A stretch of DNA of 64,000 nt from an uncultured Acidimicrobiales bacterium (GTDB lineage Bacteria; Actinomycetota; Acidimicrobiia; Acidimicrobiales; DATKAS01): the NCBI GenBank assembly GCA_963747215.1, contig CAVVET010000029.1, positions 79,688-143,687 of the forward strand, read 5' to 3'. Below the pieces are notes generated by a model that worked only from the letters and a program-made list of their open reading frames with translations, did not search any database and was not told the DNA's origin. Positions 1 through 9,029 of this stretch are shown piece by piece. How positions within the stretch are numbered: position 1 is the first letter of the stretch; every line of letters begins with the position of its first letter. The position numbers and the translations under genes were made by a program.

Positions 1-465
1 TCGAACGCGTTCAAGCACGCGCTCAAGAAGAAGCGGTGCATCATCCCCGTCGACGGCTTCTACGAGTGGAAGGCGACGCCGGGGGAGAAGCGCAAGCAGC
101 CGTACTTCATCCACCGCCTCGACGGTGAGCCGCTCGCGTTCGCCGGTCTGTGGGAGACGTGGCGAGGCCCGGACCGCCAAGCCGAGCAGACCTTGTACTC
201 GTCGACGATCATCACCACATCCGCGAACGAGACGATGGCGCCGATCCACGATCGCATGCCGGTCATCCTCCCGGCGAGCAAGTGGGATGAGTGGCTCGAC
301 CCGAAGAACGAGGACATCGCTTCACTGCAGGGGCTGCTGATCCCCGCTCCCGGTCACCTGCTGACGATGCATCCGGTCAGCACCGACGTGAACAACGTCC
401 GCAACAAGGGACCGCACCTCATCGAGCCGGCGGAACCGGCCGAACCGGTCGAACCGACCGAGTGA
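1..465 (+). CDS. SOS-response-associated peptidase (SRAP/YedK, DUF159 family), 5' end outside window
   Basis: Frame +1 is open from nt 1. The translation ...KKKRCIIPVDGFYEWK...KQPYFIHRLDGEPLAFAGLWETW...TIITTSANETMAPIHDRMPVILP carries the SRAP signature. TGA at 463-465. The C-terminal PAEPAEPVEPTE tail is encoded by three 9-nt repeats. Confidence 0.8.
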   Translation, partial: SNAFKHALKKKRCIIPVDGFYEWKATPGEKRKQPYFIHRLDGEPLAFAGLWETWRGPDRQAEQTLYSSTIITTSANETMAPIHDRMPVILPASKWDEWLDPKNEDIASLQGLLIPAPGHLLTMHPVSTDVNNVRNKGPHLIEPAEPAEPVEPTE

Positions 466-860
466 GGTAGAGGCTCCCGTCGACGGTGCCGGCGTGGGTG
501 AACCCGGATCGTTCGGCGACGGCGAGCGACCGGACGTTGCCGGGATCGATCAGCACGGTTGCGGTGTCGACCTCGGGCTGTGTGGCCAGGTGCTCGAGCA
601 GCAGCGTCATCGCTCGCGTGGCGTAGCCCTTCCCACGCGCCGGCGCGAACAGGAAGTAGCCGACGTTCACCGCGCCCGGCGGGAGCCAGTCGCGCCCACA
701 ATCGAAATCGATCCATCCAACGATCTCATCGTCGACCACGATGCAGGCGGTCGGACGAGGTTCGGAGCGCCGGGTCCCAACCATCGGTGGAACTCCACAT
801 CCCGCCCGCGACGAGCACCGCCGCGTCGCCGGTCACCGGAGGCCGAATCGTGACGACGCC
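419..860 (-). pseudogene. GNAT family N-acetyltransferase (RimJ/RimL-like), frameshifted as sequenced; 5' end uncertain
   Basis: ORF 419-784 gives the GNAT core (IVGWIDF...VGYFLFAPARGKGYATRAM...AERSGF). Hand translation upstream continues the N-terminus in two other frames (TIRPPVTGDAAVLVAG / VEFHRWLGPG / PRPTACIVVDDE). This implies two 1-nt shifts near 790-815. The 3' end overlaps the convergent SRAP gene by 47 nt. Confidence 0.6.
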
Positions 861-864
861 GTCG

Positions 865-1288
865 CTATGCGCTGGCCTCGTCGTGGCCTTGGGCGCGGAG
901 CTCGGTGCGGATCGCTTCGGCGGCGCGCTCGAGATCGGCGGGATCGACGGAGCGGGCGGCGTTCGGCGAAGTTGACGTCGGACTCGGCCCAGATCGGGAG
1001 GACGTGCACGTGCACGTGGGGCACCTCCATCCCGAGGATCAGCAGCGCGATGCGAGTCGGGTTGAACGCGGCTTGCTGCGCCTTGCCGATGAACTGCGAC
1101 ACCACCATGCAGTGCTGCGCGACCGCGAGGTCGAGGTCGAGCCAGTGGTCGGTCTCGACCCGCGGAACGACGAGCGTGTGACCGGGTTTCAGCGGGTTGA
1201 TCGACAGAAACGCCACGACGAGGTCGTCCCGCCACACGAATGTGCCCGGGAGCTCGCCCTCGATGATGCGAGAGAAGATGGTGGGCAT
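865..1288 (-). pseudogene. HIT (histidine triad) family protein, one frameshift near 948-952
   Basis: ORF 833-1288: MPTIFSRIIEGELPG...LKPGHTLVVPR...VPHVHVHVLP carries the HxHxHxx triad. After ...DVNFAE the listed frame becomes an Arg-rich tail. The adjacent frame reads VDPADLERAAEAIRTELRAQGHDEASA then TAG (865-867). Confidence 0.8.
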
Positions 1289-1290
1289 CG

Positions 1291-2079
1291 TCAGATCGAG
1301 TAGCCGCCCGTGAGCGTGAGCACATCCCCGAAGCAGTAGCTCGCCTCGTCACCCGCAAGGAAGCGCACGAGGTTCGCGACCTCCTCTGCCTCTCCGAGCC
1401 GACCCGACGGGATCTGCATGAGGAGCATGTCCTTCATGTCCGCCATCGGTTCGAGCAGCGGCGTGTCGATGAACCCGGGAGCGACGGCATTCACGTGGAT
1501 GCCGAGCGGCGCGACCTCTCGTCCGACCGACTTCGTGAACAGGACGATCGCGCCCTTCGCAGCTGCATAGTCCGCGGTGCCCGCGGAGCCCACGAAGCCG
1601 TAGATCGACGCCAGGTTCACGATCGATCCCGATCGGGCCGGCTCCATGTGCCTGAGCGCGGCGCGGGTGCCGTAGAAGGTGCCGTACAGGTGAGTCTTGA
1701 TCATGCGGTCCCACTGCTCGTCGGTCAGGGTCGACACCGCGGCCAGCGGTTCGGCGTCGCGCCCCTCCATGCGGGCGGCCATGTTGGCCATGCTTCGCTC
1801 GCGGATCTCCGGACGATCGTGCACGATGCCCGCGTTGTTCACGAGCACGTCGATCCGCCCGTGCTTGGCAACCGCGGCGTCGACGGCGGCAGTGAACGCC
1901 GCGGAGTCGGTGACGTCGAACGGGGCCGCCTCACCGCCCACGTCGGCGGCGACCTTCGCTGCGGCGTCCGCGTGGATGTCGTTCACGACGACGTACGCGC
2001 CGTCAGCGGCGAGGCGCCGGCTGATCGCCGCTCCCAATCCTGAGCCACCACCGGTCACGAGAGCGATGCGTCCGTTCAT
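1291..2079 (-). CDS. SDR family oxidoreductase (FabG-like 3-oxoacyl reductase)
   Basis: MNGRIALVTGGGSGLGAAI (TGxxxGxG Rossmann motif), NNAG, and S...YAAAK catalytic residues. The start is taken at the internal ATG (2079) of ORF 1291-2271, because the upstream 64 aa look non-coding. Confidence 0.85.
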   Translation of the reverse strand: MNGRIALVTGGGSGLGAAISRRLAADGAYVVVNDIHADAAAKVAADVGGEAAPFDVTDSAAFTAAVDAAVAKHGRIDVLVNNAGIVHDRPEIRERSMANMAARMEGRDAEPLAAVSTLTDEQWDRMIKTHLYGTFYGTRAALRHMEPARSGSIVNLASIYGFVGSAGTADYAAAKGAIVLFTKSVGREVAPLGIHVNAVAPGFIDTPLLEPMADMKDMLLMQIPSGRLGEAEEVANLVRFLAGDEASYCFGDVLTLTGGYSI

Positions 2080-2101
2080 GCCGGGATCGTAGGCTGGGGA
2101 A

Positions 2102-2710
2102 GTGAGGCCCGCTCCCATCGTCGACACGTTGGCGCCGCCCTCGCGGGTACTCACTGTCCCCAACGCGATCACGCTCGTTCGCCTCGCGTGCATCCCGCTG
2201 TTCCTGTGGCTGCTGTTCGCGCAGGATGATCGTGCCTCCGCGGCATGGCTCCTCGCGCTCGTCGGAGCCACGGACTGGGTCGACGGCTATGCAGCTCGCC
2301 ACCTGCACCAGGTCTCCGAGCTGGGCAAGGTGCTGGACCCGACCGCGGACCGGCTCGTGTTCATCGTGTGCGGGGGAGCGATCCTGATCGACGGCTCCGT
2401 TCCCACGTGGTTCGGGGTCGCCGTTCTCGCGCGTGAGATCGTCGTGGGCGCGGCCCTCGTGGTCCTGACGATGTTCGGGATGCAGCGGTTCGACGTGAAG
2501 TGGGTCGGCAAGGCCGGCACCTTCGCGCTGATGATCTCGCTGCCGGCCTTCCTGTTGGCGGCCAGCGATTCCCCGGTCGCGGACGCGGCCGACGTGGTGG
2601 CCTGGGGCTTCGGGTTGGGGGGGCTCGTGCTCTCGTACTACTCGGCGGCCACCTATGTTCCGGAGGCACGCCGAGCGCTCCGCGCCGGACGAGAAGGGCG
2701 GCACCCATGA
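2102..2710 (+). CDS. CDP-alcohol phosphatidyltransferase family protein (PgsA/cardiolipin synthase type)
   Basis: VPNAITLVRL...GATDWVDGYAARHLHQVSELGKVLDPTADRL matches the D-G-x2-A-R-x8-G-x3-D-x3-D motif, with multiple TM helices. The GTG start at 2102 is only 22 nt from the divergent SDR start, so a downstream TTG (2129) is possible. Confidence 0.8.
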   Translation: MRPAPIVDTLAPPSRVLTVPNAITLVRLACIPLFLWLLFAQDDRASAAWLLALVGATDWVDGYAARHLHQVSELGKVLDPTADRLVFIVCGGAILIDGSVPTWFGVAVLAREIVVGAALVVLTMFGMQRFDVKWVGKAGTFALMISLPAFLLAASDSPVADAADVVAWGFGLGGLVLSYYSAATYVPEARRALRAGREGRHP

Positions 2711-5193
2711 AGGCCGTGATCATGGCCGGGGGAGAGGGGACGCGACTGCGCCCGCTCACGTCGAACGCACCCAAGCCCATGCTCCCCGTCGCCAACCGCC
2801 CGATGATGGAGCACATCGTCGGGCTGTTGCGCAAGCACGGCTTCGACGAGATCGTCGTCACCGTCGCGTTCCTCGCCCAGGCGATTCAGACCTACTTCGA
2901 TGACGGGTCGGAGTTCGGCGTGAAGATGACCTACGCGACCGAGAACACCCCGCTCGGCACGGCGGGGTCGGTCGGCAACGCGCGCGAGCTGCTCGACGAG
3001 CGGTTCCTCGTCATCTCCGGCGACGTGCTCACCGACATCGACCTCAGCGCCATCCTCGCCTTCCACGACGAGCGGAAGGCGATGGCGACGATCGGCCTCG
3101 CGCACGTCGAGAACCCGCTCGAGTTCGGCATCGTCATCACCCGCGAAGACGGCACCATCGAGCGCTTCCTCGAGAAGCCCACGTGGGGCCAGGTCTTCAG
3201 CGACACGATCAACACCGGGATCTACGTGCTCGATCCCGCGATCTTCAAGTACATCGACCGGGACAAGCCGGTCGACTTCTCGAGCGACGTGTTCCCGCGC
3301 TTGCTGGCCGACGGGGAGACCCTCGTCGGCGCGATCGCGTCGGGGTACTGGGAGGACGTCGGCACGCTCGACGCCTACCTCCGAGTCCACATGGACGTGC
3401 TCGACGGCCGCGTCGGAGTCGACCTGCCCGGGTTCAAGATCGCGGAGGCGGTGTGGCTCGGCGAGGGCGCCGAGATCGATCCCGAGGCCGAGGTGGTCGG
3501 TCCCGCGGTCATCGGCCCCGGCGTGCGCGTCGAAGCTGGCACCCGGCTCGGTGAGTACACCGTGCTCGGCTCGAACGTGCGCGTCCGCGGCGACGTCGAC
3601 CTCGAGAGGGTGGTGTTGCACGACAACGTGTACGTCGGCGAAGGAGCGCGCCTGCGCGGTGTGGTCGTCGGCCGTTCGTGCGACATCCGCGGGCACGCGC
3701 GACTCGAGGAGGGCGTCGTGCTCGGTGACGAGTGCTTCGTCGGCGAGAACTCGGTCATCACGGCCGGCGTGAAGGTGTATCCGTTCAAGACGGTCGAAGC
3801 GGGCGCGGTCGTGAACTCCTCGATCGTGTGGGAGTCACGGGGCGCGCGATCCCTGTTCGGTCGCAACGGTGTCGCGGGACTCGCGAACGTCGACATCACA
3901 CCCGAGCTCGCGACCCGCCTCGCGATGGCGTACGGCACGACGTTGCGCAAGGGCGACACCGTCGTCACCTCACGCGACTCGAGTCGATCGGCCCGGATGT
4001 TGAAGCGGGCGATGATGGCCGGCCTCAACGCGGCCGGCATCAACGTCATGGACCTCGAAGTCGCGAGCATGCCCGTCACTCGGTTCGTGACGCGATCGCC
4101 CCGGCAGATCGGGGGTCTGTCGGTTCGCCTCGCCCCCGACGATCCCCAATCGGTCGTGGTGCGGTTCCTCGACAACGAGGGCTCGGACATCACCGAGGAC
4201 TTCCAGCGCAAGATCGAGCGGCTCTTCCAGCGGGAGGACTACCGGCGGGTGTTCGCCGCCGAGATCGGCGACATCGGCTTCCTCCCGAGAGCGGTCGAGG
4301 ACTACGCCATCGCCCTGGAGAGCACCGTCGAGATCGAGACGATCGCCGCCAGTCACTTCAAGGTGGTGCTCGACCACGCGTACGGCTCGACCTCACTGGT
4401 GATGCCGAACGTGCTCGCGAAGCTCGGCGCCGACGTGCTCGCGGTGAACCCCTACACCTCGACGATGGGGGCCATCTCGTTCGATCACCAGGCCCACGCC
4501 GACAACGTCGCCAACCTCGTGCGAGCCTCGGGAGCTCATCTCGGAGCGGTGATCGAGCCCGACGGTGAGCGGATCACGCTGATCGACGACGAGGGCCGAG
4601 TGCTCACCGACAGCGAGTCGCTGCTGGCGCTCGTCACGCTCGTGACCGACCATCTGCTCGGCGACAGCATCGCCCTGCCGGTCAACATCACGTCCAGGGC
4701 CACGGAGATCGCACAAGCGAAGGGCATCCGGGTGCTCGCGACGAAGCTCTCGGCGCCCGCGCTGATGGATGCGGCCAACGAGCCCGGGGTGGGCTTCGCG
4801 GCGAGTGGCGACGGCGGCTTCATCCTCCCTGGGTTCCTGCCGGCGTTCGATGCCGCGGCGACGTTCGTGAAGGTGCTCGATCTCCTTGCCCGCAGCGCGG
4901 TGCGGCTCTCGTCCGTCGTCGCCGAGCTGCCTCGCACCCACATCGCCCATGAGACCTTGGTGACCCCGTGGGAGCAGAAGGGCACCGTGATGCGCAGCCT
5001 CGTCGAGCACTCGAAAGACCGCGAGCTGGTGCTCGTGGACGGGGTGAAGGTGCTGCACGACGACGGATGGGTGCTCGCGCTTCCTGACCCTGAGGAACCC
5101 GTCACCCACGTCTGGGCGGAGGCGGGCTCGGACACAGACGCCCGGCGGCTCGCACAGGAATACGGGCGTCGGATCCGCCAGATGCTGCGCTGA
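2707..5193 (+). CDS. Bifunctional sugar-1-phosphate nucleotidyltransferase (mannose-1-phosphate guanylyltransferase-like) / phosphomannomutase-phosphoglucomutase fusion
   Basis: MKAVIMAGGEGTRLRPLT (NTP-transferase G-loop), a left-handed beta-helix hexapeptide region (VGEGARLRGVVVGRSCDI...), then a PGM/PMM alpha/beta domain. ATG 2707 overlaps the upstream stop (ATGA). The 828-aa frame is intact. Confidence 0.8.
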   Translation: MKAVIMAGGEGTRLRPLTSNAPKPMLPVANRPMMEHIVGLLRKHGFDEIVVTVAFLAQAIQTYFDDGSEFGVKMTYATENTPLGTAGSVGNARELLDERFLVISGDVLTDIDLSAILAFHDERKAMATIGLAHVENPLEFGIVITREDGTIERFLEKPTWGQVFSDTINTGIYVLDPAIFKYIDRDKPVDFSSDVFPRLLADGETLVGAIASGYWEDVGTLDAYLRVHMDVLDGRVGVDLPGFKIAEAVWLGEGAEIDPEAEVVGPAVIGPGVRVEAGTRLGEYTVLGSNVRVRGDVDLERVVLHDNVYVGEGARLRGVVVGRSCDIRGHARLEEGVVLGDECFVGENSVITAGVKVYPFKTVEAGAVVNSSIVWESRGARSLFGRNGVAGLANVDITPELATRLAMAYGTTLRKGDTVVTSRDSSRSARMLKRAMMAGLNAAGINVMDLEVASMPVTRFVTRSPRQIGGLSVRLAPDDPQSVVVRFLDNEGSDITEDFQRKIERLFQREDYRRVFAAEIGDIGFLPRAVEDYAIALESTVEIETIAASHFKVVLDHAYGSTSLVMPNVLAKLGADVLAVNPYTSTMGAISFDHQAHADNVANLVRASGAHLGAVIEPDGERITLIDDEGRVLTDSESLLALVTLVTDHLLGDSIALPVNITSRATEIAQAKGIRVLATKLSAPALMDAANEPGVGFAASGDGGFILPGFLPAFDAAATFVKVLDLLARSAVRLSSVVAELPRTHIAHETLVTPWEQKGTVMRSLVEHSKDRELVLVDGVKVLHDDGWVLALPDPEEPVTHVWAEAGSDTDARRLAQEYGRRIRQMLR

Positions 5194-5249
5194 CACACGC
5201 ACCGACATCCCTCACCGTCACCTTCAGGTTTCTTGTAGCGTCAGCGCCC

Positions 5250-5631
5250 GTGAACGTGCCCGAGGATCTGCGTTACTCGGCCGACCACGAATGGGTGAAG
5301 GTCGAGGGTGATCGTGTCCGCATCGGCATCACTGACTACGCGCAAGACGCACTCGGTGATGTCGTGTACGTGCAGGTCCCGACGCTCGGCGCAGCCGTGA
5401 AGGCAGGGGAGTCGTTCAGTGAGGTCGAGTCGACCAAGTCGGTGTCCGACATCTACGCCCCGGTCACCGGCACGATCGTGGAGACGAACACCGACCTCGC
5501 GGACGCGCCCCAGCACATGAACGAGGATCCCTACGGCGACGGGTGGATCTGCGCGATCGAGCTCGCGGACCCGTCCGAGATCGACGCCCTCCTCGATGCC
5601 GCCGGGTATCGAGCGCTTGATCGAGACCTGA
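5250..5631 (+). pseudogene. gcvH: Glycine cleavage system H protein, one frameshift at about 5617-5619
   Basis: RYSADHEWVKVEGD...GITDYAQDALGDVVYV...ESFSEVESTKSVSDIYAPVTG includes the lipoyl-lysine motif. As sequenced the ORF runs on to 5996 as Arg-rich nonsense. Removing one base in GCG CTT G ATC gives ...AGYRALIET-TGA (5629-5631), a normal GcvH end. Confidence 0.85.
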
Positions 5632-5640
5632 GGTCGGTCG

Positions 5641-6123
5641 TTGGCCGAAGGCATCGTCTGCGCAGAGTGCGGTCATCGCAACCCCGACGACGCCAACTTC
5701 TGCTCGTCCTGCGGCGCGCCGCTCATCCACGAGGAGCACACCGGCGTCTTCCATCCCGACGACCTCGTCGTCGACCCGTCCGAGGACGACATCCGAGTCG
5801 AGCGAGGCGACCTTCCTCCCGACGTCGGGGTGCTGGTGCTGAAGTCGGGTGCCGACGTGGGTATGCGGTACGTGCTCTCGGCGCCGCTCACGACCGCCGG
5901 CCGCCACCCTCGCAGCGACATCTTCCTCGACGACATCACCGTGTCGCGGCGCCACGTCGAGGTCTCCCGGTCGCCGGCGGGCTACCTCGTGCGTGACGTG
6001 GGGTCGCTCAACGGCACCTATCTCAACCGGGAGCGCATCGACGAGGCAACCCTCAATGACGGCGACGAAGTGCAGATCGGCAAGTTCAAGCTGGTCTTCT
6101 TCGGCGGGAGGCAGGGCTCTTGA
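5641..6123 (+). CDS. FHA domain protein with N-terminal zinc ribbon (occupies the GarA/OdhI position)
   Basis: The N-terminus CAECGHRNPDDANFCSSCG is a CxxC...CxxC ribbon. The C-terminus ...TAGRHPRSDIFLDDITVSRRHVEV...VRDVGSLNGTYLNRERI is an FHA core. TTG start lies 9 nt after the restored gcvH stop. Confidence 0.8.
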   Translation: MAEGIVCAECGHRNPDDANFCSSCGAPLIHEEHTGVFHPDDLVVDPSEDDIRVERGDLPPDVGVLVLKSGADVGMRYVLSAPLTTAGRHPRSDIFLDDITVSRRHVEVSRSPAGYLVRDVGSLNGTYLNRERIDEATLNDGDEVQIGKFKLVFFGGRQGS

Positions 6124-6926
6124 GCGACCGGGCGTACATGTCGATCGGCGAGGTCCTGGCCCTGCTGCAGAGCGAGTTCCCGGACGTCACGATCTCCAAG
6201 ATCCGCTTCCTCGAGAGCCAAGGCCTCATCGATCCTGAACGCACCCCGTCCGGATACCGGAAGTTCTACCCGGCGGACATCGAACGGTTGCGATGGATCC
6301 TGCGCGAGCAGCGTGAGAACTTCCTGCCGCTGAAGGTCATCAAGGACCGTCTCGACAGTGGCGAGCCGCTCGACAGCGACGAGGTGACTCACTCGGTCGC
6401 CGTGACGGTTCCTGCCGATGGCGAAGTCGATCTCGAAGAGCCGCCGCCGAGCTGGCTGCCGAAGCCTCCGCGCCCCGGCCCGCCCGCACCGCCCCCGGCG
6501 CGGCCCGTCACGCCCGAAGGTGGCACCGCGCCACGTCCGAGCGGCGCGGGATACACGTTCGACGAGCTCGTCGAGGCGAGCGGTCTCACGGGCGCGCAGC
6601 TGCGCGACGTCGAGTCGTACGGCCTTGTCGCGGGCCGTGCGCTGGGACGAGACACGTTCTACGACGACGACGCGCTCGAGGTCGCAAGGATCGCCGCGCA
6701 GTTCATGCAGTTCGGCGTCGAGGCGCGCCATCTGCGCATGTACCGCACTACGAGCGAGCGCGAGGCCGGCTTCGTCGCGAGTGTCGTCATGCCGCTGGTG
6801 AAGCAGCGAAACCCACGTGCGCGCGAGCAAGCCGCGGACACCGTCGAGCAGCTCGTCCGGTTGGGGGACAGCATGCGCTCCACCATGCTGCGACGCGCGC
6901 TGCGCGAGTACACCACCGGCTCCTGA
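6120..6926 (+). CDS. MerR family transcriptional regulator (FtsR/Rv1828-like)
   Basis: MSIGEVLALLQSEFPDVTISKIRFLESQGLIDPERTPSGYRKFYPADIERLRWIL is a MerR wHTH, followed by a Pro-rich linker and a C-terminal MerR-like repeat. An alternative ATG start lies at 6138. Confidence 0.8.
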   Translation: MSDRAYMSIGEVLALLQSEFPDVTISKIRFLESQGLIDPERTPSGYRKFYPADIERLRWILREQRENFLPLKVIKDRLDSGEPLDSDEVTHSVAVTVPADGEVDLEEPPPSWLPKPPRPGPPAPPPARPVTPEGGTAPRPSGAGYTFDELVEASGLTGAQLRDVESYGLVAGRALGRDTFYDDDALEVARIAAQFMQFGVEARHLRMYRTTSEREAGFVASVVMPLVKQRNPRAREQAADTVEQLVRLGDSMRSTMLRRALREYTTGS

Positions 6927-6930
6927 CCCC

Positions 6931-7558
6931 GTGGCCGCCCGGCTCCTCCTCGACCGCTCGCAGCTGCGAGCTGTCGTCGCTCGCCTCGGCGAGGAGATCA
7001 GCGTCGCCTACGACCCCGCGACACACGGTTCGGCCAACGGCGATGTGATCCTGATCGGCCTGCTGCGCGGGAGCGTCGTCTTCCTGGCCGATCTCGTGCG
7101 GGCGCTGCGCATCGACTGCGCGGTCGACTTCCTCGCCGTGTCCGCGTACGCCGCGGGGGTCCGGACGCATCCGTCTCCTGAAGGACCTCGACCTCGACAT
7201 CGCGGGACGAGACGTGGTGCTCGTGGAGGACGTCGTCGACACTGGCCTCACCCTCGCCTACCTGGTGGGCGAGCTCCGCCAGCGCGGCCCTGCCTCCGTC
7301 GAGGTGTGCGCCTTGATCGACAAGCAGTCGCGCCGCATCGTGCCGGTGCCGTTGCGCTTCGTCGGGGCGACCGTGGATGAGCCGTTCGTGCTCGGGTACG
7401 GACTCGACATGGCTGGGCGCTACCGCAACCTCGAGCTCATCGCCGCCGCGCCGTTCGAGGCCGTCCGCGCCGACCCGGACATGCTGGTCGACGAGCTCTA
7501 TCCACCGCCTCCGGAGCGAGAGGCCAGTGCGGTGACGGGTCAGCCGACCCGGGGGTAG
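6931..7558 (+). pseudogene. hpt: Hypoxanthine phosphoribosyltransferase, one frameshift in a G5 run (7155-7159)
   Basis: The N-terminal part is in the frame of ORF 6817-7380 (VILIGLLRGSVVFLADLVRAL...DFLAVSAYAAG). The C-terminal part is ORF 7214-7558 (VVLVEDVVDTGLTLAYL PRPP motif...GYGLDMAGRYRNL). Deleting one G restores ...YAAGSGRIRLLKDLDLDIAGRDVVLVED. Confidence 0.85.
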
Positions 7559-7559
7559 G

Positions 7560-8063
7560 GTGATTTTCGTGGTCGAGATGGAGCTCGTCGGTGTACGGCT
7601 CGAGCTCCCGGCCAACGCGCCGATCGTCCTCCTGCGTGAATCCGGTGGCGCCCGGCGGGTGCTGCCGATCTACATCGGAGGGCCCGAGGCTGCCGCCATC
7701 GCCTACGCGCTCGAGAACGTCCAGGTGCCGCGCCCCCTCACCCACGACCTGCTGCGCAACGTGCTCGACGAGCTCGGCGCTCAGGCCCGTCGGGTCGTCG
7801 TGACCGAGCTGCGCGACCACACCTTCTACGCCGAGATCGAACTCGTCGTCGGCAAGTCGACCCATCGCGTGTCGAGCCGGCCCTCCGATGCGATCGCGCT
7901 CGCGGTGCGGACCGGTACGCCGATCTTCGCCGAGGAGCAGGTGCTCGACGAGGCGGGCCAGGCGGAAGCCGAGGTCTCCGACGTTGCGGAGGAGGAGTCC
8001 GCGGAGCTCGTCGACGAGTTCCGGGAGTTCATCGAGCACGTCAGCCCCGAAGACTTCGGCTGA
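7560..8063 (+). CDS. Bifunctional nuclease family protein (DUF151, Rv1829-like)
   Basis: MELVGVRLELPANAPIVLLRE...VLPIYIGGPEAAAIAYAL...RPLTHDLL...FYAEIEL...SSRPSDAIALAVRTGTPIF is the DUF151 pattern. The likely true start is the internal ATG at 7578. Confidence 0.8.
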   Translation: MIFVVEMELVGVRLELPANAPIVLLRESGGARRVLPIYIGGPEAAAIAYALENVQVPRPLTHDLLRNVLDELGAQARRVVVTELRDHTFYAEIELVVGKSTHRVSSRPSDAIALAVRTGTPIFAEEQVLDEAGQAEAEVSDVAEEESAELVDEFREFIEHVSPEDFG

Positions 8064-8200
8064 CCTGGTGCTTTTCAGGTGCCTTTCCCGCCAAGCGTCA
8101 GCCCTGAAGGGTTCGTTGACCTTGATCTCACCCTCAGCCTAACCTTCGTCACACCAGCGTAATTACGCCGCTGTCACGGGTTTGCGGGTGGAGGTCGGCA

Positions 8201-8671
8201 GTGGAGCAGGGGTTCAGTGGCAAGCGCACCGCCGAGGTCGTCGGCATCACGTACCGACAGCTCGACTACTGGGCGCGGACAGATCTCGTTCGCCCCAGCC
8301 TCGCCGACGCGGCAGGCAGCGGCACCCGCCGTCGCTACTCCTACGCCGACCTGCTCGAGCTGAAGATCATCAAGAACCTGCTCGACGCCGGCATCCGCCT
8401 CGAGTCCGTACGCCTCGCGTTCACCGAGCTGCGCCAGCGGGTGGGCCTCGACATCACGTCGGCCCACCTCGTGATCAGTGGCTCGACGGTCGTGCTGTGT
8501 CGCGGCGACGAGCTCATCGACCTCGTCCAGCGCGGCCAGGGCGTGTTCAACATCCTCCCCCTCGGCGGTGTGAAAGATCAGCTCGACGCCGCGATCCTCC
8601 ATCTCGACGGGCCGCGCGACGACAGCCCCGGCATTGCCCTGAGTCCCGATGTCGCGAGCGCGGGAGGCTGA
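8201..8671 (+). CDS. MerR family transcriptional regulator (Rv1830-like)
   Basis: FSGKRTAEVVGITYRQLDYWARTDLVRPS...RRYSYADLLELKIIKNLLDAGI is a MerR HTH plus wing. Confidence 0.8.
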   Translation: MEQGFSGKRTAEVVGITYRQLDYWARTDLVRPSLADAAGSGTRRRYSYADLLELKIIKNLLDAGIRLESVRLAFTELRQRVGLDITSAHLVISGSTVVLCRGDELIDLVQRGQGVFNILPLGGVKDQLDAAILHLDGPRDDSPGIALSPDVASAGG

Positions 8672-9029
8672 CCCCCTGGACTCCCTCGGGCGCGTCCCCT
8701 TCGCCCACCATTCCGAGCGCCGGTTCGCCGAGCTCCTCGACTTCTACGGCATCGACTGGCACTACGAGCCGCGGACGTTCGTCCTGTCCGAGGGTCCCGA
8801 CGGGCAGCCGCTCGAGGCCTTCACGCCCGACTTCCACCTCCCGGCGTTCGACCTTTACATCGAGCTCACGACCCTGCGCCAACAGCTCGTGACCCGCAAG
8901 AACCGCAAGGTCCGACTGCTCGAGCAGCGCCACCCCGACGTGCGGGTGAAGATCCTGTACAAGCGCGACTACGCCACGCTCGTCGCTCGATTCGGCATGG
9001 AGGACGCGCCGGCCCGTCCGGGTTCGTGA
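8649..9029 (+). CDS. Hypothetical protein (possible PD-(D/E)XK-like nuclease fold)
   Basis: The 126-aa ORF overlaps the MerR stop by 23 nt and overlaps the gcvT start (GTGA). ...FTPDFHLPAFDLYIELT... resembles a D...E-x-K type core. This is a motif-level guess only. Confidence 0.45.
   Translation: MSRAREADPLDSLGRVPFAHHSERRFAELLDFYGIDWHYEPRTFVLSEGPDGQPLEAFTPDFHLPAFDLYIELTTLRQQLVTRKNRKVRLLEQRHPDVRVKILYKRDYATLVARFGMEDAPARPGS

Noticed and set aside
5194-5249. Possible glycine riboswitch upstream of gcvH (also checked upstream of gcvT, 8950-9025)
   Set aside because: No GGAGAG / ACCGAAGGGGCAA / CTCTCAGG cores on either strand. The gcvT upstream region is coding.
8116-8145. TTGACC-18 nt-TAACCT upstream of the second MerR gene as a MerR-type promoter
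   Set aside because: The hexamer match is plausible, but the spacer is 18 nt, not the 19-20 nt hallmark of MerR-type promoters. The flanking inverted repeat (CTGAAGGGT...ACCCTCAG) is imperfect. I cannot support it from sequence alone.
8182-8892. 236-aa ORF overlapping the second MerR gene in another frame
   Set aside because: The product is Arg/Pro-rich and featureless. The MerR frame has a clear wHTH.
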